Positions 12,270-23,869 of a stretch of DNA of 64,000 nt are shown one piece after another. Origin of the DNA: Mobula hypostoma (lineage: Eukaryota); NCBI RefSeq assembly GCF_963921235.1, contig NC_086097.1, forward strand, positions 173,354,001 through 173,418,000. The letters are read 5' to 3'. Position 1 is the first letter of the stretch. The number at the start of each line of letters is the position of its first letter. A model generated the notes under the pieces. It made no database searches, was not told the origin of the DNA, and saw nothing but the letters and a program-made list of their open reading frames with translations. The translations under genes and the position numbers were made by a program.

Positions 12270-12735
12270 AAAAGTGCAGAGAAAATTTACAAAAATGTTG
12301 CAAGACGTTAGGACATGAGTATAGGGAAAGATTGTATAGGTTAGGACTTCATTTCCTGGAGCACTGAAGAAAGAGGAGAGATCTATAGAGGTACACAAAA
12401 TTATGATGGGTACAGGTAAGGTGAATGCACGCAGGATTTTTCCCCTCAGGTTGATTGAGATTAGAACTAGAGGTCATAGGTTTTGGGTGAAAGGTGAAAT
12501 ATTATGGGGAATCTCAAGGGATACTTCTTCACTCACAGGGTGGTGAGAGTGTGGAATAAGCTGCCCTCGGAAGTGGTAGATGTGGGTTCAATTATAACAT
12601 ATAAGTTTAGATAGGCACATGGGCGAGAGGGGTATGGGGTCTATGGTCTGGGTACAGGTGGAGGGGACTAGGAAGCAGACCAGGTCAGCATGGACTAGAG
12701 GGGCCAAAGGGCCTGTCTCTGTGCTGTAGGCTGTA
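12270..12735 (+). mobile_element. decayed CR1 3' end
   Basis: YRERLYRLGL-type C-terminus and the CR1 3' tail (gggccaaagggcctgtctctgtgctgta). Confidence 0.7.
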
Positions 12736-12989
12736 CGACTCCTACAGCACAGAGACAGACTCTAGCTGTCCAATGGTTAGATGGCAGTGAACCAGCTTCT
12801 AAAACCACTGTAGTCTGTCCAAGGAACATAATTACTTCTAGTACTGGCCAGAGGACGCTTTAAGATTTGGAAAGAGAGATAACAAAGATAAGTGTGACGT
12901 GCAGTGTAAATGTGCAAAATTTGAACCTATTTGTGATTAGCAGCATAGTATTTGGATAAAACAAATATTTCTGCTTTATACCTGACCAC

Positions 12990-13262
12990 GTGTGGCACAT
13001 GGCCAAGTGGTTAGGACGTTGGGCTCACGATCTGAAAGTTGTGGGTTCAAGTCTCGGCCAAGGCAGCATGTTATGTCTTTGAGCAAGGCAGTCCACCCAG
13101 CTGAAAATGGGTACTGGCAAATGCTGGGGGTGAACCTCGCGACAGACTGGCATTCTATCTGGGGGGGGGGGGAGGGTGGAGTCTAATACTCTCAGTCGCT
13201 TCACACCACAGAAACCGGCATAAGCATCAGCCTGATGGGCCACTAGGCTCGGGACAGACTTT
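12990..13262 (+). mobile_element. tRNA-derived SINE
   Basis: A box TGGCCAAGTGG (~13000-13010), B box GGTTCAAGTC (~13044-13053), ~270 bp body with GTCCACCCAGCTG..AATGGGTAC core and a distinct 3' tail. Confidence 0.75.
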
Positions 13263-13984
13263 GAATTTGACAATTCACTTGTAGAATTGGGACCTTAGAT
13301 ATCTGGGCAAATGCAGCAATATCAAATCCTGCTGAACACCTGTGACGAGGTACAACATACTTCAATCCAATGACCAAAGCTTATATAGCCCTTTTTAGCC
13401 AAATATCCAACGGCTAAATGTGGCTATGTAATTTGGTCTCTTACACATCTTCCTTTGTTTTCTCTCTATCATTTTGGGCATGCAAATGAAAGAATCAGGT
13501 ATGTCTGGCAACCAAACAACTAAAGGGATTAGAGAATTAGTGTCTGAGTATCAGATGTGACCCTTGGTTGGTGGTTTGAGATCAAGATTTCAACAGGGAG
13601 CAGAATTGGAAAGTCTGGGAGACACGGACATGCAGTTGGAAAATAGGGCATTTGGGCAGTCAGGAAGAATGCTGAACGATCAAAAGAAGGCAAGAGAGAA
13701 GTTGGTCAGTGGGGGGAAGATGGGTGGTGGAAGTGGTGAACCTGAGTAGTACACCCTATTGGAAATTGCCCAAAAACAGGTATGTCTTATAACAGCCGCA
13801 ACTCAGAAACTTCGAAGCCTCTCTGAGTCTGCTAATTTATTGCCCAAGCTGAATCATTTCACCTGCTAAGCCAGTTCCACCATCCAATGAGAGTACGGCT
13901 GATCCATAATTCTATAAATGCACCTCTCCACTCCCTTGCCATTGCCAACTGCCCAAATGCTATTCACATCAGGAAAAAAAATAT

Positions 13985-14090
13985 AAAAGCAACACACATG
14001 AAATGCTGGAGGAACTCAGTAGGCCAATCAGCATCTTTGGAAAAGAATACAGTCAACGTTTCAGGCCGAGACCCTTCAGTAGGATCATTT
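13985..14090 (-). mobile_element. PLE 3' fragment with mutated hammerhead (14051-14086; CTACTGA core)
   Basis: Reverse complement of the 8195-8290 motif block. Confidence 0.7.
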
Positions 14091-14796
14091 GGAGCTGAAT
14101 GCTTAAAATTACTATATTTTTCAGGCACCACTGACATAGCACAATTATCACAATTTGAGATTTAATAATCCTACAAAAAGCACCTTCAGAGACTGAATAA
14201 GTGTTTAAAACAAACATCTGTGAATACATGACAGTTTTGAGTGAATGAAAATCTTGAAAACCACCTTCCAGGTATGAAAAGAACTCCAAATAATTCAAAA
14301 TGCATGTCCTCGGAAATTACACTAATGAGAGATCATTCTTTTGGTACAATTCAGTCTGCTTACTTACTAATTTCAACTTTTCATCGTGCATATTACCATC
14401 CTTCAGCTAGAAAAGAGTACAGTTTCTGTCACTACTCATTCACTGTAATACTTAAGTACCCAAGCAATGCTTGCTATTGGAATTTGAGGGGATGAGGGTC
14501 ACCTATGAAGTTTAAATCATGTGTAAATGGATTTGCATTCATCAAAGCTTGCCAATACCAAGACTCTGGGTTCTGATTTACAACAAATCATCAATGCGTT
14601 AACTGTTCTACAAGTAAGACTTCCAAGCCACCTGATGTCAAAGTTCAAAGAGGACATAGAGCACTACAGAAAGAATTAGATTTACATCATGCTTCCTTAA
14701 GGTCTGTCAGCTCATGGCATTTTATAGCAAAGTAAATACATATATCTTAAGTGTAGTCACTATGTTAAGAAACACAGCGACCAACTTGCGCACAGC

Positions 14797-15303
14797 TTGG
14801 GTGATCTGTGCTCAGCCACGAGGGGTGATGCTGATCTTCCCATTTCATGTCACTTTAATTCTCAATCCCTCCCGCATTCTGACCCATCTGTCTGTGGTCT
14901 TCTCCAGTGCTTTAGAGAGGCCTGACATACACAATAGAAACTTGCAACCCTTGGAATAAATACTGAATTCTCCAACACTAGAGAAATTGCATTCATAATT
15001 TCCATTATGTTCCATGTTCAATGTTCTATGCTTGTTATCATACCCAAGTCTCTTTCATACATAATTTCTTTAAAATCTCTTGCTAACAACACTTGATCTA
15101 TCTTAACCAATCTCCTTTTAGACTCTTGTCTTACACCTCACTCCTTCCCCTAAGCGCCCCTTTGGAAAGTGTAAACCCTCCACTCTCTCCCTAGTTCTGA
15201 GGAAGGGTAGCTGACCTGAAACATTAAATTGTTTCCCTGGCTGAGCTATTCAAGCATTTTCTGCTTTTGTTTCAGAACCCAACACTCTGCAGTTTTATTT
15301 GTT
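14797..15303 (+). mobile_element. older PLE (GIY-YIG C-terminal relic + pLTR, hammerhead relic 15193-15229) inserted in a DeuSINE-like fragment
   Basis: CHFNS..HSD-like relic; CTGAGGA-A-GGGT..ACCT-GAAAC; near-TSD TTGCGCACAGC (14786-14796) / TTGCATACAGC (15304-15314). Confidence 0.6.
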
Positions 15304-15790
15304 TTGCATACAGCAAGCTCCACAAACATCAAATTTTGACATTAGTTTTAATATTGGTTTGTTATTATCATATGTACCAAGAAACAGTGAAAATCTGGTT
15401 GTGACTACTATTTATACAAATAAAATCATTACATGGTGCATTGGACTAGAATAGGGTAAAACAATAACAATGCAGAATTAAGTGTAAAAGTTCCCAAAAA
15501 GGGGCAGTATAGGTAAACAATGAAATGTAAGATCATATTGAGATAGATTGTGAGGCCAAGAGTACATCTCATCAGACAACAGGTCCACTCAAGAGTCTGG
15601 TAACAGAAGGATAGAAACTGTCAAGCCTCATGGTACATGCTTTCAGGCTTTTGTATCCTCTGCCTGATGGGAGAGGAGAGAAGAGAGAATGACTGGGATG
15701 GATGGGGGGGTCATTGATTCGTATGGTCTTACTAAGGCAGCAAGAAGTAGAGAGTTATTATTGAGGAGGTGGTTCTTGTGATGTGCTGAG

Positions 15791-16693
15791 TCAGCATACA
15801 GAGAGAAGGTGCAGGGCTAACGGACTGGTGCAGAGCCAACAACCTGTCTCTGAATGTGAACAAAACAAAAGAGATGGTTGTTGACTTCAGGAGAGCACGG
15901 AGCAACCACTCTCCGCTGAACATCGATGACTCCTCCGTAGAGATCGTTAGGATCACCAGATTTCTTGGTGTTGACCTGGCGGAGAATCTCACCTGGTCCC
16001 TCAACACCAGCTCCATAGCCAAGAAAGCCCAACAGCATCTCTACTTTCTGCGAAGGCTGAGGAAAGTCCATCTCCCACCCCCCATCCTCACCACATTCTA
16101 CAGAGGATGTATCGAGAGCGTCCTGAGCAGCTGCATCACTGCCTGGTTCAGAAATTGTACCGCCTCGGGTCGCAAGACCCTGCAGTGGATAGTGAGGTCA
16201 GCTGAGAAGATCATCGGGGTCTCTCTTCCCGCTACTACAGATATTTACACCACACACTGCACCTGCAAAGCTAACAGTATTTTGAAGGACCCCACACACC
16301 CCTCACACAAACTTTACTCCCTCCTGCCATCTGGCAAAAGGTACCAAAGCATTCAGGCTCTCACGACCAGACTGTGCAACAGGTTTTTCCCCCAAGCTAT
16401 CAGACTCCTCAATACTCAGAGTCTAGATTTATCCTCTACTGTGCCTATTGTCTTATTTATTAATTATTGGACTGCCCTGCACTTTATGTAGTCCTGAGCA
16501 GGTCTGTAGTCTAGTGCAGTTTTTATGTTGTTTTACGTAGTCTAGTGTAGCCCTGTGCTGTCTCACATAGTCTAGTGTAGTTTTGTGTTCTTCCATGTAG
16601 CACCAGGGTCCTGGAGGAACATTGTTTCATTTTTACTGTGTACTGTACCAGCAGCTTATGGTCAAAATGACAATAAACTTGACTTGACTTGAC
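15791..16693 (+). mobile_element. 5'-truncated Rex1/Babar LINE (post-RT C-terminal region, ORF 15856-16491)
   Basis: [56 protein letters not shown]+(CTTGA)n tail; CTGAG on both sides. Confidence 0.85.
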
Positions 16694-16806
16694 CTGAGCT
16701 GTGCCCATAATTCTTTGCAGCTTCTTAAGATTCACATGCAGAGCAGTTGCCATACAAAGCCATTATGCATCCATACAGGCCAGGCAGCATCTCTAGGAAG
16801 AAGTAC

Positions 16807-16842
16807 AGTCGACGTTTCGGGCCGAGACACTTCGTCAGGACT
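16807..16842 (-). ncRNA. minimal hammerhead ribozyme motif, core intact, one helix II mismatch
   Basis: Minus strand AGTC-CTGACGA-A-GTGT-CTCG-GCCC-GAAA-CGTC-GACT. Confidence 0.7.
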
Positions 16843-17506
16843 AACTGAAGGAAGAGCTAGTAAGAGATTTGAAAGTGCGAGGGGGAGGGGGATATCTGAA
16901 ATGATAGGAGAAGACAGGAGGGGGAGGGATGGAGCCAAGAGCTGGACAGGTGATTGGCAAAAGGGATATGAGAGGATCAGACTGGGAGATCGTTTTGCAA
17001 AACACCTACGCTCTGTCCGCCAGAGAAAGCAGGATCTCCCAGTGGCCACACATTTTAATTCCACATCCCATTCCCATTCTGATATGTCTATCCACTTCCT
17101 CCTCTACTGTAAAGATGAAGCCACACTCAGGTTGGAGGAACAACACCTTATATTCCGTCTGGGTAGCCTCCAACCTGATGGCATGAACATTGACTTCTCT
17201 AACTTCCACTAATACCCCACCTCCCCCTCGTACCCCATCCGTTATTTATATACACACATTCTTTCTCTCTTTCTCCTTTTTCTCCCTCTGTCCCTCTGAC
17301 TATACCCCTCGCCCATCCTCTGGGTTTTCCCCCCATCCCCCTTTTCCTTCTCCCTGGGCCTCCTGTCCCATGATCCTCTCATATCCCTTTTGCCAATCAC
17401 CTGTCCAGCTTTTGGCTCCATCCCTCCTCCTCCTGTCTTCTCCTATCACTTTGGATCTCCCCCTCCCCTTCCACTTTCAAATCTCTTACTAGCTCTTCCT
17501 TCAGTT

Positions 17507-17542
17507 AGTCCTGACGAAGGGTCTTGGCCCAAAACGTCGACT
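17507..17542 (+). ncRNA. hammerhead motif with catalytic GAAA mutated to AAAA (probably inactive)
   Basis: AGTC-CTGACGA-A-GGGT-CTTG-GCCC-AAAA-CGTC-GACT. Confidence 0.6.
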
Positions 17543-18642
17543 GTACCTCTTCCTAGAGATACTGCCTGGCCTGCTGCATTCACCAGCAAATTTGATGTGT
17601 GTTGCTTGAATTTCCAGCATCTGCAGAATTCCTCGTGTTTATGCATCCATACAGAATGCTTTCTATGACTCTTCAATAAAAAATAGTAAGTTGCTGGAGA
17701 CAAAGGGATATGCTGAATTTCTTTAGCCTCCTGAAGAAGTTGGTGAGCTTTCTTGGGCGTGACATCAATATGGTTGGGGCAGGACACCTGGAAATTTGAA
17801 GCTCTCAACCTCAATACCACTGATGTTTCCTGATGTCAATGACCAGCTTTTTTGTTTTGTTAACATTGAGGGAAAAGTTGATATCATGACACCATGTTAA
17901 GTAAGCTCTCTATCTCCTTTCTGTACTCATCGTCCTTTAAGATATAGCCTACTACAGTGGTATCATTAGCAAACTTGTAGCTGGAGTTAGAGCAGAATCT
18001 AGCTTCAGAGGCATGAGTATACAAGAAGTACAGTTGGAGGCTCTATTCTTTTCATCCATTACTGGTGTACTAAATGGGCATTCTGTTGTGCCTAGCTCTA
18101 ATTCAGGAGCTACCAAAATAAATGACACAATTGGAACAACTCGGCTTTAAGAAATTACTCCTGAATTTATGATCAAGAATATTAATAGCGCATTCACGTA
18201 TGGCTGCTGCTTGTTGGCCATTGGGAGCCAAGTTCCTGTTGTTGCAGTTAACTCTTGCGGCAGCCACGGAGCCTGACAACAAGATACAGCTAAATGGAGA
18301 TGGAGGGGGTAAATTGGTCTGGTGAAAGGTTAAATAGTACAGCATGATACCTGATCAACTGGCTATAACTAGGCACATATATAAACTTCCAAGTATTATG
18401 GGGCTGATACAAGATTGAGAGGGTTAAGGCCAACAGCTAAATATAAAATTGTGAATTTTAAAATCAAGGGAACGCTGGACCTGAATCTGATACAGATCAG
18501 GGTCCTCAGGAATGATGCATGATTCACACATGGAGGATTTAGGATGAAGGTAGCAGAATTCTTGCTGAAAGAAACCACTTCTATTATTTATTAAAGACAA
18601 TAAACAGCATATCTGTCTGAAGTTTGGTTTGGCACAACACAC

Positions 18643-18767
18643 CTGAACTGTTAGGCGTTTGACAGCATCCCAGACTAATCCAATAAACTCTTTCATTCGT
18701 TCTTCTGGACTGCTCCATTCTTCACAGCTTTGCATTAGTTTGATTGGTACAGAGAGTGGTCTGGACT
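18643..18767 (-). CDS. candidate host-gene coding exon (125 nt, phase 1 to 0): SRPLSVPIKLMQSCEEWSSPEERMKEFIGLVWDAVKRLTVQ
   Basis: Non-repetitive DNA; CTAAT branch-like site, pyrimidine tract ctctcctttgtttttgtccaag|, donor CAG|gtgtgt; open, protein-like frame. Confidence 0.55.
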
Positions 18768-18899
18768 CTTGGACAAAAACAAAGGAGAGTTGCAATTAGG
18801 AAAGCAAATATGGGCAGCGTTACAATATCCACTGCAAGTAAACTGAAGGTTTTGTAAATCCCACCAATTAAATTCTAAGCTGCAATAAGAAAGACTTAC

Positions 18900-18912
18900 C
18901 TTTCAAATTCAT
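18900..18912 (-). CDS. candidate start-codon exon end (ATG AAT TTG AAA G|gtaagt) in phase with 18643-18767
   Basis: Consensus donor AAG|GTAAGT; upstream in-frame TAA at 18936-18934; splicing gives MNLKESRPLSVP. Confidence 0.4.
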
Positions 18913-18954
18913 TTCAATACATTCCAAAACAGTTTACAGGAAATGAAATACAAC

Positions 18955-19170
18955 TGAAAAAGCAAAGTGCTTCAGGGACACAGCTTGCCAGGCAGCATCT
19001 GTGGAGGGAAATGTACAGGGAATGTTTCTGGTCTGAAACTTCATCTGATGAAAGGTCTCGATCCAAAACATCAACTATCCATTTCCTTCCACAACTGCTG
19101 CTTGACCCACTTAATTCCTCCAGCACTTTGCTTGTTACTCCAGATTCCAGCATCTGCAGTCGCTTGTGTT
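18955..19170. mobile_element. decayed fold-back PLE fragment (minus copy joined to plus copy at the hammerhead core)
   Basis: caggcagcatctgtgg...cttcatc|tgatgaaaggtctcg...ccagcatctgcag. Confidence 0.6.
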
Positions 19171-19749
19171 TGCAACTATATGATCATTATTGTAATGGAA
19201 AAAATGCAGCAGCTACTCTGAGTATAGTAAGCTCTGACAAAAAATAAAATGGTAATACCCATTTAATACTTCCCCTATGTTGATTGAGTAATAGGTTTTG
19301 GCCAGATCACTAAGGAGAATACCCGAGACAGCATTTTTTCCACTCACTGAGAGGGTGCATAAAGGCTTCAGGTAAGGTCTCATTTTCTCTGAACGTGAAG
19401 GACTTCCTCAGAAATGAATTATAGTGATAGCTGTGAGTAGATTCACAGTAAGGATTCAAAACATGTTTTAATTTGTTGTTTTATATATATATCTCTGGCT
19501 CTAAGTAGATTTGTATCATGTTGTTAATGTTAATGTGGTGACCAAATCATAATTCACAAACTTCACAAAAAATACTTGAAATACACATAGTATCAAAACT
19601 TGTACATCAAATATATCCCTCTATTTAGTTCATTGTGTGAAGCAAAATTAGTTTGGAGTTTAGGCATTAAGACGTAAAACCCAACAGTCCAGGATGACCT
19701 TCAAAAGAAATTACAGATGCATTGAAGGGAAAACCAATAAAACTGCAGA

Positions 19750-20172
19750 AACAGCACACACAAAATACTGAAGTAACTCAGCAAGTCAGGCAGCATCTAT
19801 GGAAAAGAATAAACAATCAACATTTCAAGCCAAGACCTTTCTTCAGGACTGGAAAGGAAGGGGGAAGAAGCCAGAATAAAATGGTGGGAGGAGGGGTAGG
19901 GGACTAGCTAGAAGGTGATAGGCAAAGCCAGGTGGGTGGGAAAGATAAAGGGCTGGAAATGAAGGAGGGGTACCAGAGGGAGGTGATAGGCAGGTGAGGA
20001 GAAAAAGAAAAAAGCTATAGTGGGGAATAGAAGCAGAGGGAAGGAGGAGGGGAAATGATCATCGGAAGGAGAAATCGATATTCATGTCATCAGGTTGGAA
20101 GCTACCTAGACGGAATAAGAGATGTTGCTCTGCCACCCTGACAGTGGCCTCATTGTGGCAAAAAGAGGAGGC
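19750..20172 (-). mobile_element. PLE 3' part (GIY-YIG C-terminal relic + pLTR; hammerhead motif 19815-19850)
   Basis: Minus strand AGTC-CTGAAGA-A-AGGT-CTTG-GCTT-GAAA-TGTT-GATT; LLFRLGSFQPDDMN-like relic. Confidence 0.75.
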
Positions 20173-20186
20173 TAAGTGATACTTAC

Positions 20187-20230
20187 TCCTATTGTGGTTA
20201 TCTGCAGGTCTACTGCAAGAACCAGTGGAT
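20187..20230 (-). other. candidate 44-nt host exon
   Basis: tcttttttccttatctcggactag| acceptor and GGA|gtaagt donor; one reading (STGSCSRPADNHNR) ends in phase 1, compatible with 18767. Confidence 0.3.
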
Positions 20231-20844
20231 CTAGTCCGAGATAAGGAAAAAAGACTGCAAGATTAAGGAGTGGCAGAAGTGAGACAAGTAACCCAGAACT
20301 CAAAAAGTCTCCCAAAAAACAACAGCGGGACAATCTAGTCCCTTGCATCAGAGCCCTGATATTGCATGACCAACAATATTGTAATTTTAATAGGGTATAA
20401 TGAATAAAGTATTTCTTTTTTGTAGAACAGAGACTCAAAATGCAACTGACAATCAGTAACTTAAGTAAAAAATTAATCACCCTTCTCAGGTTCAAGCTTA
20501 CTTTCTAGTGACCTAAGCAGAAAAAAAATGGCGCCAAGCTTCATGGAACTCCAACATTGTGGGACCAAGATGAAAATGTTCCTTTATCTTTTTGATTTAG
20601 CCTGCTACTCATTACGAATTAAGAATTCAATTTTCAGCTTTACCAAGGATTTATAAAATAACACTCCTGTCTTGATTTTGTTATTCAAATTTATCATCAC
20701 TTCCCCATATAACAATAATTATGATTTCTCACTCCGTCACTGTAAATAAACTCTGCAATAAAGGTGCAGTCCAAAGGAAAAATAACAGAGAACCCTGCCC
20801 CCTCAGAAGATCTGCATCATGAAAAGAGGCAAAGAGAGAGGTGA

Positions 20845-22345
20845 ATATGAGAGCATCCCGCTCCCTCCGGACGAACCGGACCCGGTGGCATCAAGTTTCA
20901 TCGTCACCGAGGAGGACGTTAGAAGAGCCTTCCTGAAGATAAATCCAAGGAAGGCGACCAGCCCAGATGGCGTCCCGGGACGGGTTCTCCGGGCCTGTGC
21001 AAGCGAGCTAGCTGGAGTGTTTGCTGACATCTTCAACTGCTCCTTGCTTCAGTCTAAGATCCCCTCGTGTTTTAAGAAGGCAACGATAATCCCAGTGCCG
21101 AAGAAGAGCAAGGTGACATGCCTGAATGACTATCGACCTGTGGCTCTGACATCAATTGCTATGAAGTGCTTCGAGAGATTGGTTTTGGCACACATCAACC
21201 ACAGCCTACCGGTCAACCTCGACGCTTTGCAATTCGCCTACCAGAGCAGCAGGTCAATGGCAGATGCCATCTCTCTGGCCCTACATTCCTCCTTAGAACA
21301 CCTGGAGAATAAAGACGCATACGTAAGGCTCCTTTTCATTGACTACAGCTCTGCCTTTAATACCATCGTTCCAAATAAACTGAGTCCTAAGCTCCGGAAC
21401 CTGGGCCTTAGCACTCAGATCTGAAGCTGGATCTTCAGCTTCCTCACAGACAGGACCCAGGCTGTAAAAATAGGGGACAAGCTCTCCTCTACAATCACTC
21501 TGAGCACCAGTGCCCCACAAGGCTGTGTACTCAGCCCCATGCTGTACTCACTGTACACCCATGATTGTGTAGCCAAGTTTCCATCAAACTCAATATATAA
21601 GTTTGCTGATGACACAACAATTATAGGGCTGTATCTGGGGTAATGATGAGTTTGAGTACAGAGAGGAAATTACGAACCTGGTGGCATGGTGCAAATCTAT
21701 CCCTCAACATCAGCAAGACGAAGGAATTGGTTGTGGACTTCAGAAAGAGTTGCAGACCGCATGACCCAATCTACATCGGTGGTGCGCAAGTGGAATAGGT
21801 CAAAAGCTTTAAGTCCAAGACCGAAAGAAGCTGCAGAAGATCGTGAACACGGCGCAGCACATCACACAAACCAATCTTCCGTCCGTGGACTCACTTTACA
21901 CCGCACGCTGTCGGAGCAGTGCTGCCAGGATAATCAAGGACACGACCCACCCAGCCAACACACTTTTCGTCCCTCTTCCCTCCGACAGAAGGTTCAGGAG
22001 CTTGAAGACTCATATGGCCAGATTTGGAAACAGCTTCTTTCCAACTGTGATAAGACTGCTGAACGGATCCTGATCCAGATCTGGGCCATACCCTCCAAAT
22101 ATCCGGACCTGCCTCTCGGTTTTTTTGCACTACTTTACTTCCCATTTTTCTATTTTCTATTTATGATTTATAATTTAAATTTTTAATATTTGCTAATTTT
22201 AACTATTTTTAATATCTTTAATATTTAATATTTGTAATCCAGAGAGTGTGAAGCGCAGAATCAAATATCGCTGTGATGATTGTACGTTCTAGTACCAATT
22301 GTTTGGCGACAATAAAGTATAAAGTAAATACAAAGTAAAGTAAAT
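20845..22345 (+). mobile_element. 5'-truncated Rex1/Babar LINE (RT region with stop, frameshifts and an internal deletion near 21815)
   Basis: [45 protein letters not shown]; (TAAAG)n tail. Confidence 0.9.
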
Positions 22346-23339
22346 AAATATAGGAGGGAAGATAAACCTGCAAATTCTGACCCAAATCACTCAGGCAATC
22401 AAGCTCTAAGAGATCTTGGCTGCACTCAACAAACCACAGATTCAGATGACTAACGATTCACCACCCATAACTGTCTATGTCATCTACTTCCTGAACTTGT
22501 TCGTACCTTTAAAGGTCAAAAGAAGAGTGCGTACTAACAGTAACATAAGAACAGGAGTGGGTCATTCTGCTCCCTGACCCAGTTCTCCATTCGATTAGGT
22601 CACGGTAAACTTTGGACCTGTAGCCCAAGGCACAGTTCTGAGCTTTGATACAAAGATAAATAATTAATTCTGTGTATCCAAGTTAACTATTCTCCTGCAG
22701 CAGTTATAGACATGATCCCTACCTTTTTCAATTATTTCAATCATTTATGGGGTGACAAAGACATTAGTAATGCCAAAATTTGTTGTCCGTATCTTATTGT
22801 TCCTCATATTAGGAAGGAATTAAGGGTAAACCTCAGTGCTCTGACTGAAGTCACATATGAATCACAACAGATAAATGCAACTGATTGCCTGCCTTACAGG
22901 ACAAGAGTGAACCAGATGGTTTTATTTACAACAATCTAACTTCATGGTCACCATTAAAGAGTTAGCTTAATTTAAACAAGTATTTATTTTTAAACTTTCC
23001 AGTTGTTACGGTGGGATTCAAGTCTATATCGATGGATTAACATTACAGAACTCCAAATGCTAGCTGAGTAATTTAACCATGCTTTATTCTTATTAGCACC
23101 CACTAAAACCAGGCTTACATTTTCTTTGAGGAAATAACAGAACTAACTGAAAATGTAAATGTTATATTTGTTGTGCATGTGAATTTTCAAAACTGCTTTT
23201 TTGTTTATGAGGTGCCACATGACAGGCAGACAAACTGGAATAACAATGGAGTAAGCAGTGGAACTTTGATTATACAACAGAGCAATGCTTAATGGATGCA
23301 ATTTTGAACTTATGGCCTATAAACAGAATTCAGCATTGA

Positions 23340-23800
23340 ATCTGCTCCCACCATCCTTTCAAGCAGCACATTCCAGATCATAATAGCTCACCACATGATT
23401 ATTTTTTCCTCATGTTGCCTATAGTTACTTTGCCAATTACCTTAAATCTGTGTCCTCTGGTTACCGAATCTCCTGGTACCGAAAATATTTACTCTATCAA
23501 AACCATTCATGAAATCTCCACTTAACTCTTCTCTGCGCTGAAGAAAATAACATTAGTTTCTAAGGTCTTGCCATGGAACAGAAATCTTTAATCCTTCCAA
23601 TAAACTACTTCTGTACCCTCTCAAAGTCCCTTTCCCTTGACATCCTTTTGAAAATGTAGTGCCCACAATACTCCAGCTGGGTTGGACCAGCATTTAAAGA
23701 AATATTCAGTATAACTTCCTTGTTTTTATACTCCATATCATTGCATATAAAATGAAGGATCCCATATGCCATATTAGCAGCTTTCTCACCCTGCACTCTG
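23340..23800 (-). mobile_element. decayed CR1 3' fragment
   Basis: Minus ORF AYGILHFI..MEYKNKEV..QLEYC. Confidence 0.6.
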
Positions 23801-23869
23801 ATTTCGTGACACCACAGATGATAGTATAAAATCTAACTGCTAGCTCTGTATAGTAATAGGGGAGTGTTG

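Larger units (their letters stand above)
16779..17638 (+). mobile_element. Penelope-like element with inverted 5' pLTR (16779-16979) + GIY-YIG endonuclease C-terminus + 3' pLTR
   Basis: RLGDRFAKHLRSV..PVATHFNS..EEQHLIFRLGSLQPDGMN; 16-bp TSD TTATGCATCCATACAG at 16763-16778 and 17639-17654. Confidence 0.9.
15345..18040 (-). mobile_element. decayed Rex1/Babar LINE hosting two younger insertions (15791-16693, 16779-17638)
   Basis: Minus-strand KFANDTT, KKAHQLL, KKLQRIMGTAQ segments are collinear once the insertions are removed. Confidence 0.7.

Noticed and set aside
12990..13065. tRNA gene
   Set aside because: A/B boxes are present but there is no proper cloverleaf or terminator, and it continues into a SINE body
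20524..20535. AAAATGGCGCC YY1-like motif near candidate exons
   Set aside because: Single short motif with no CpG island or other promoter evidence
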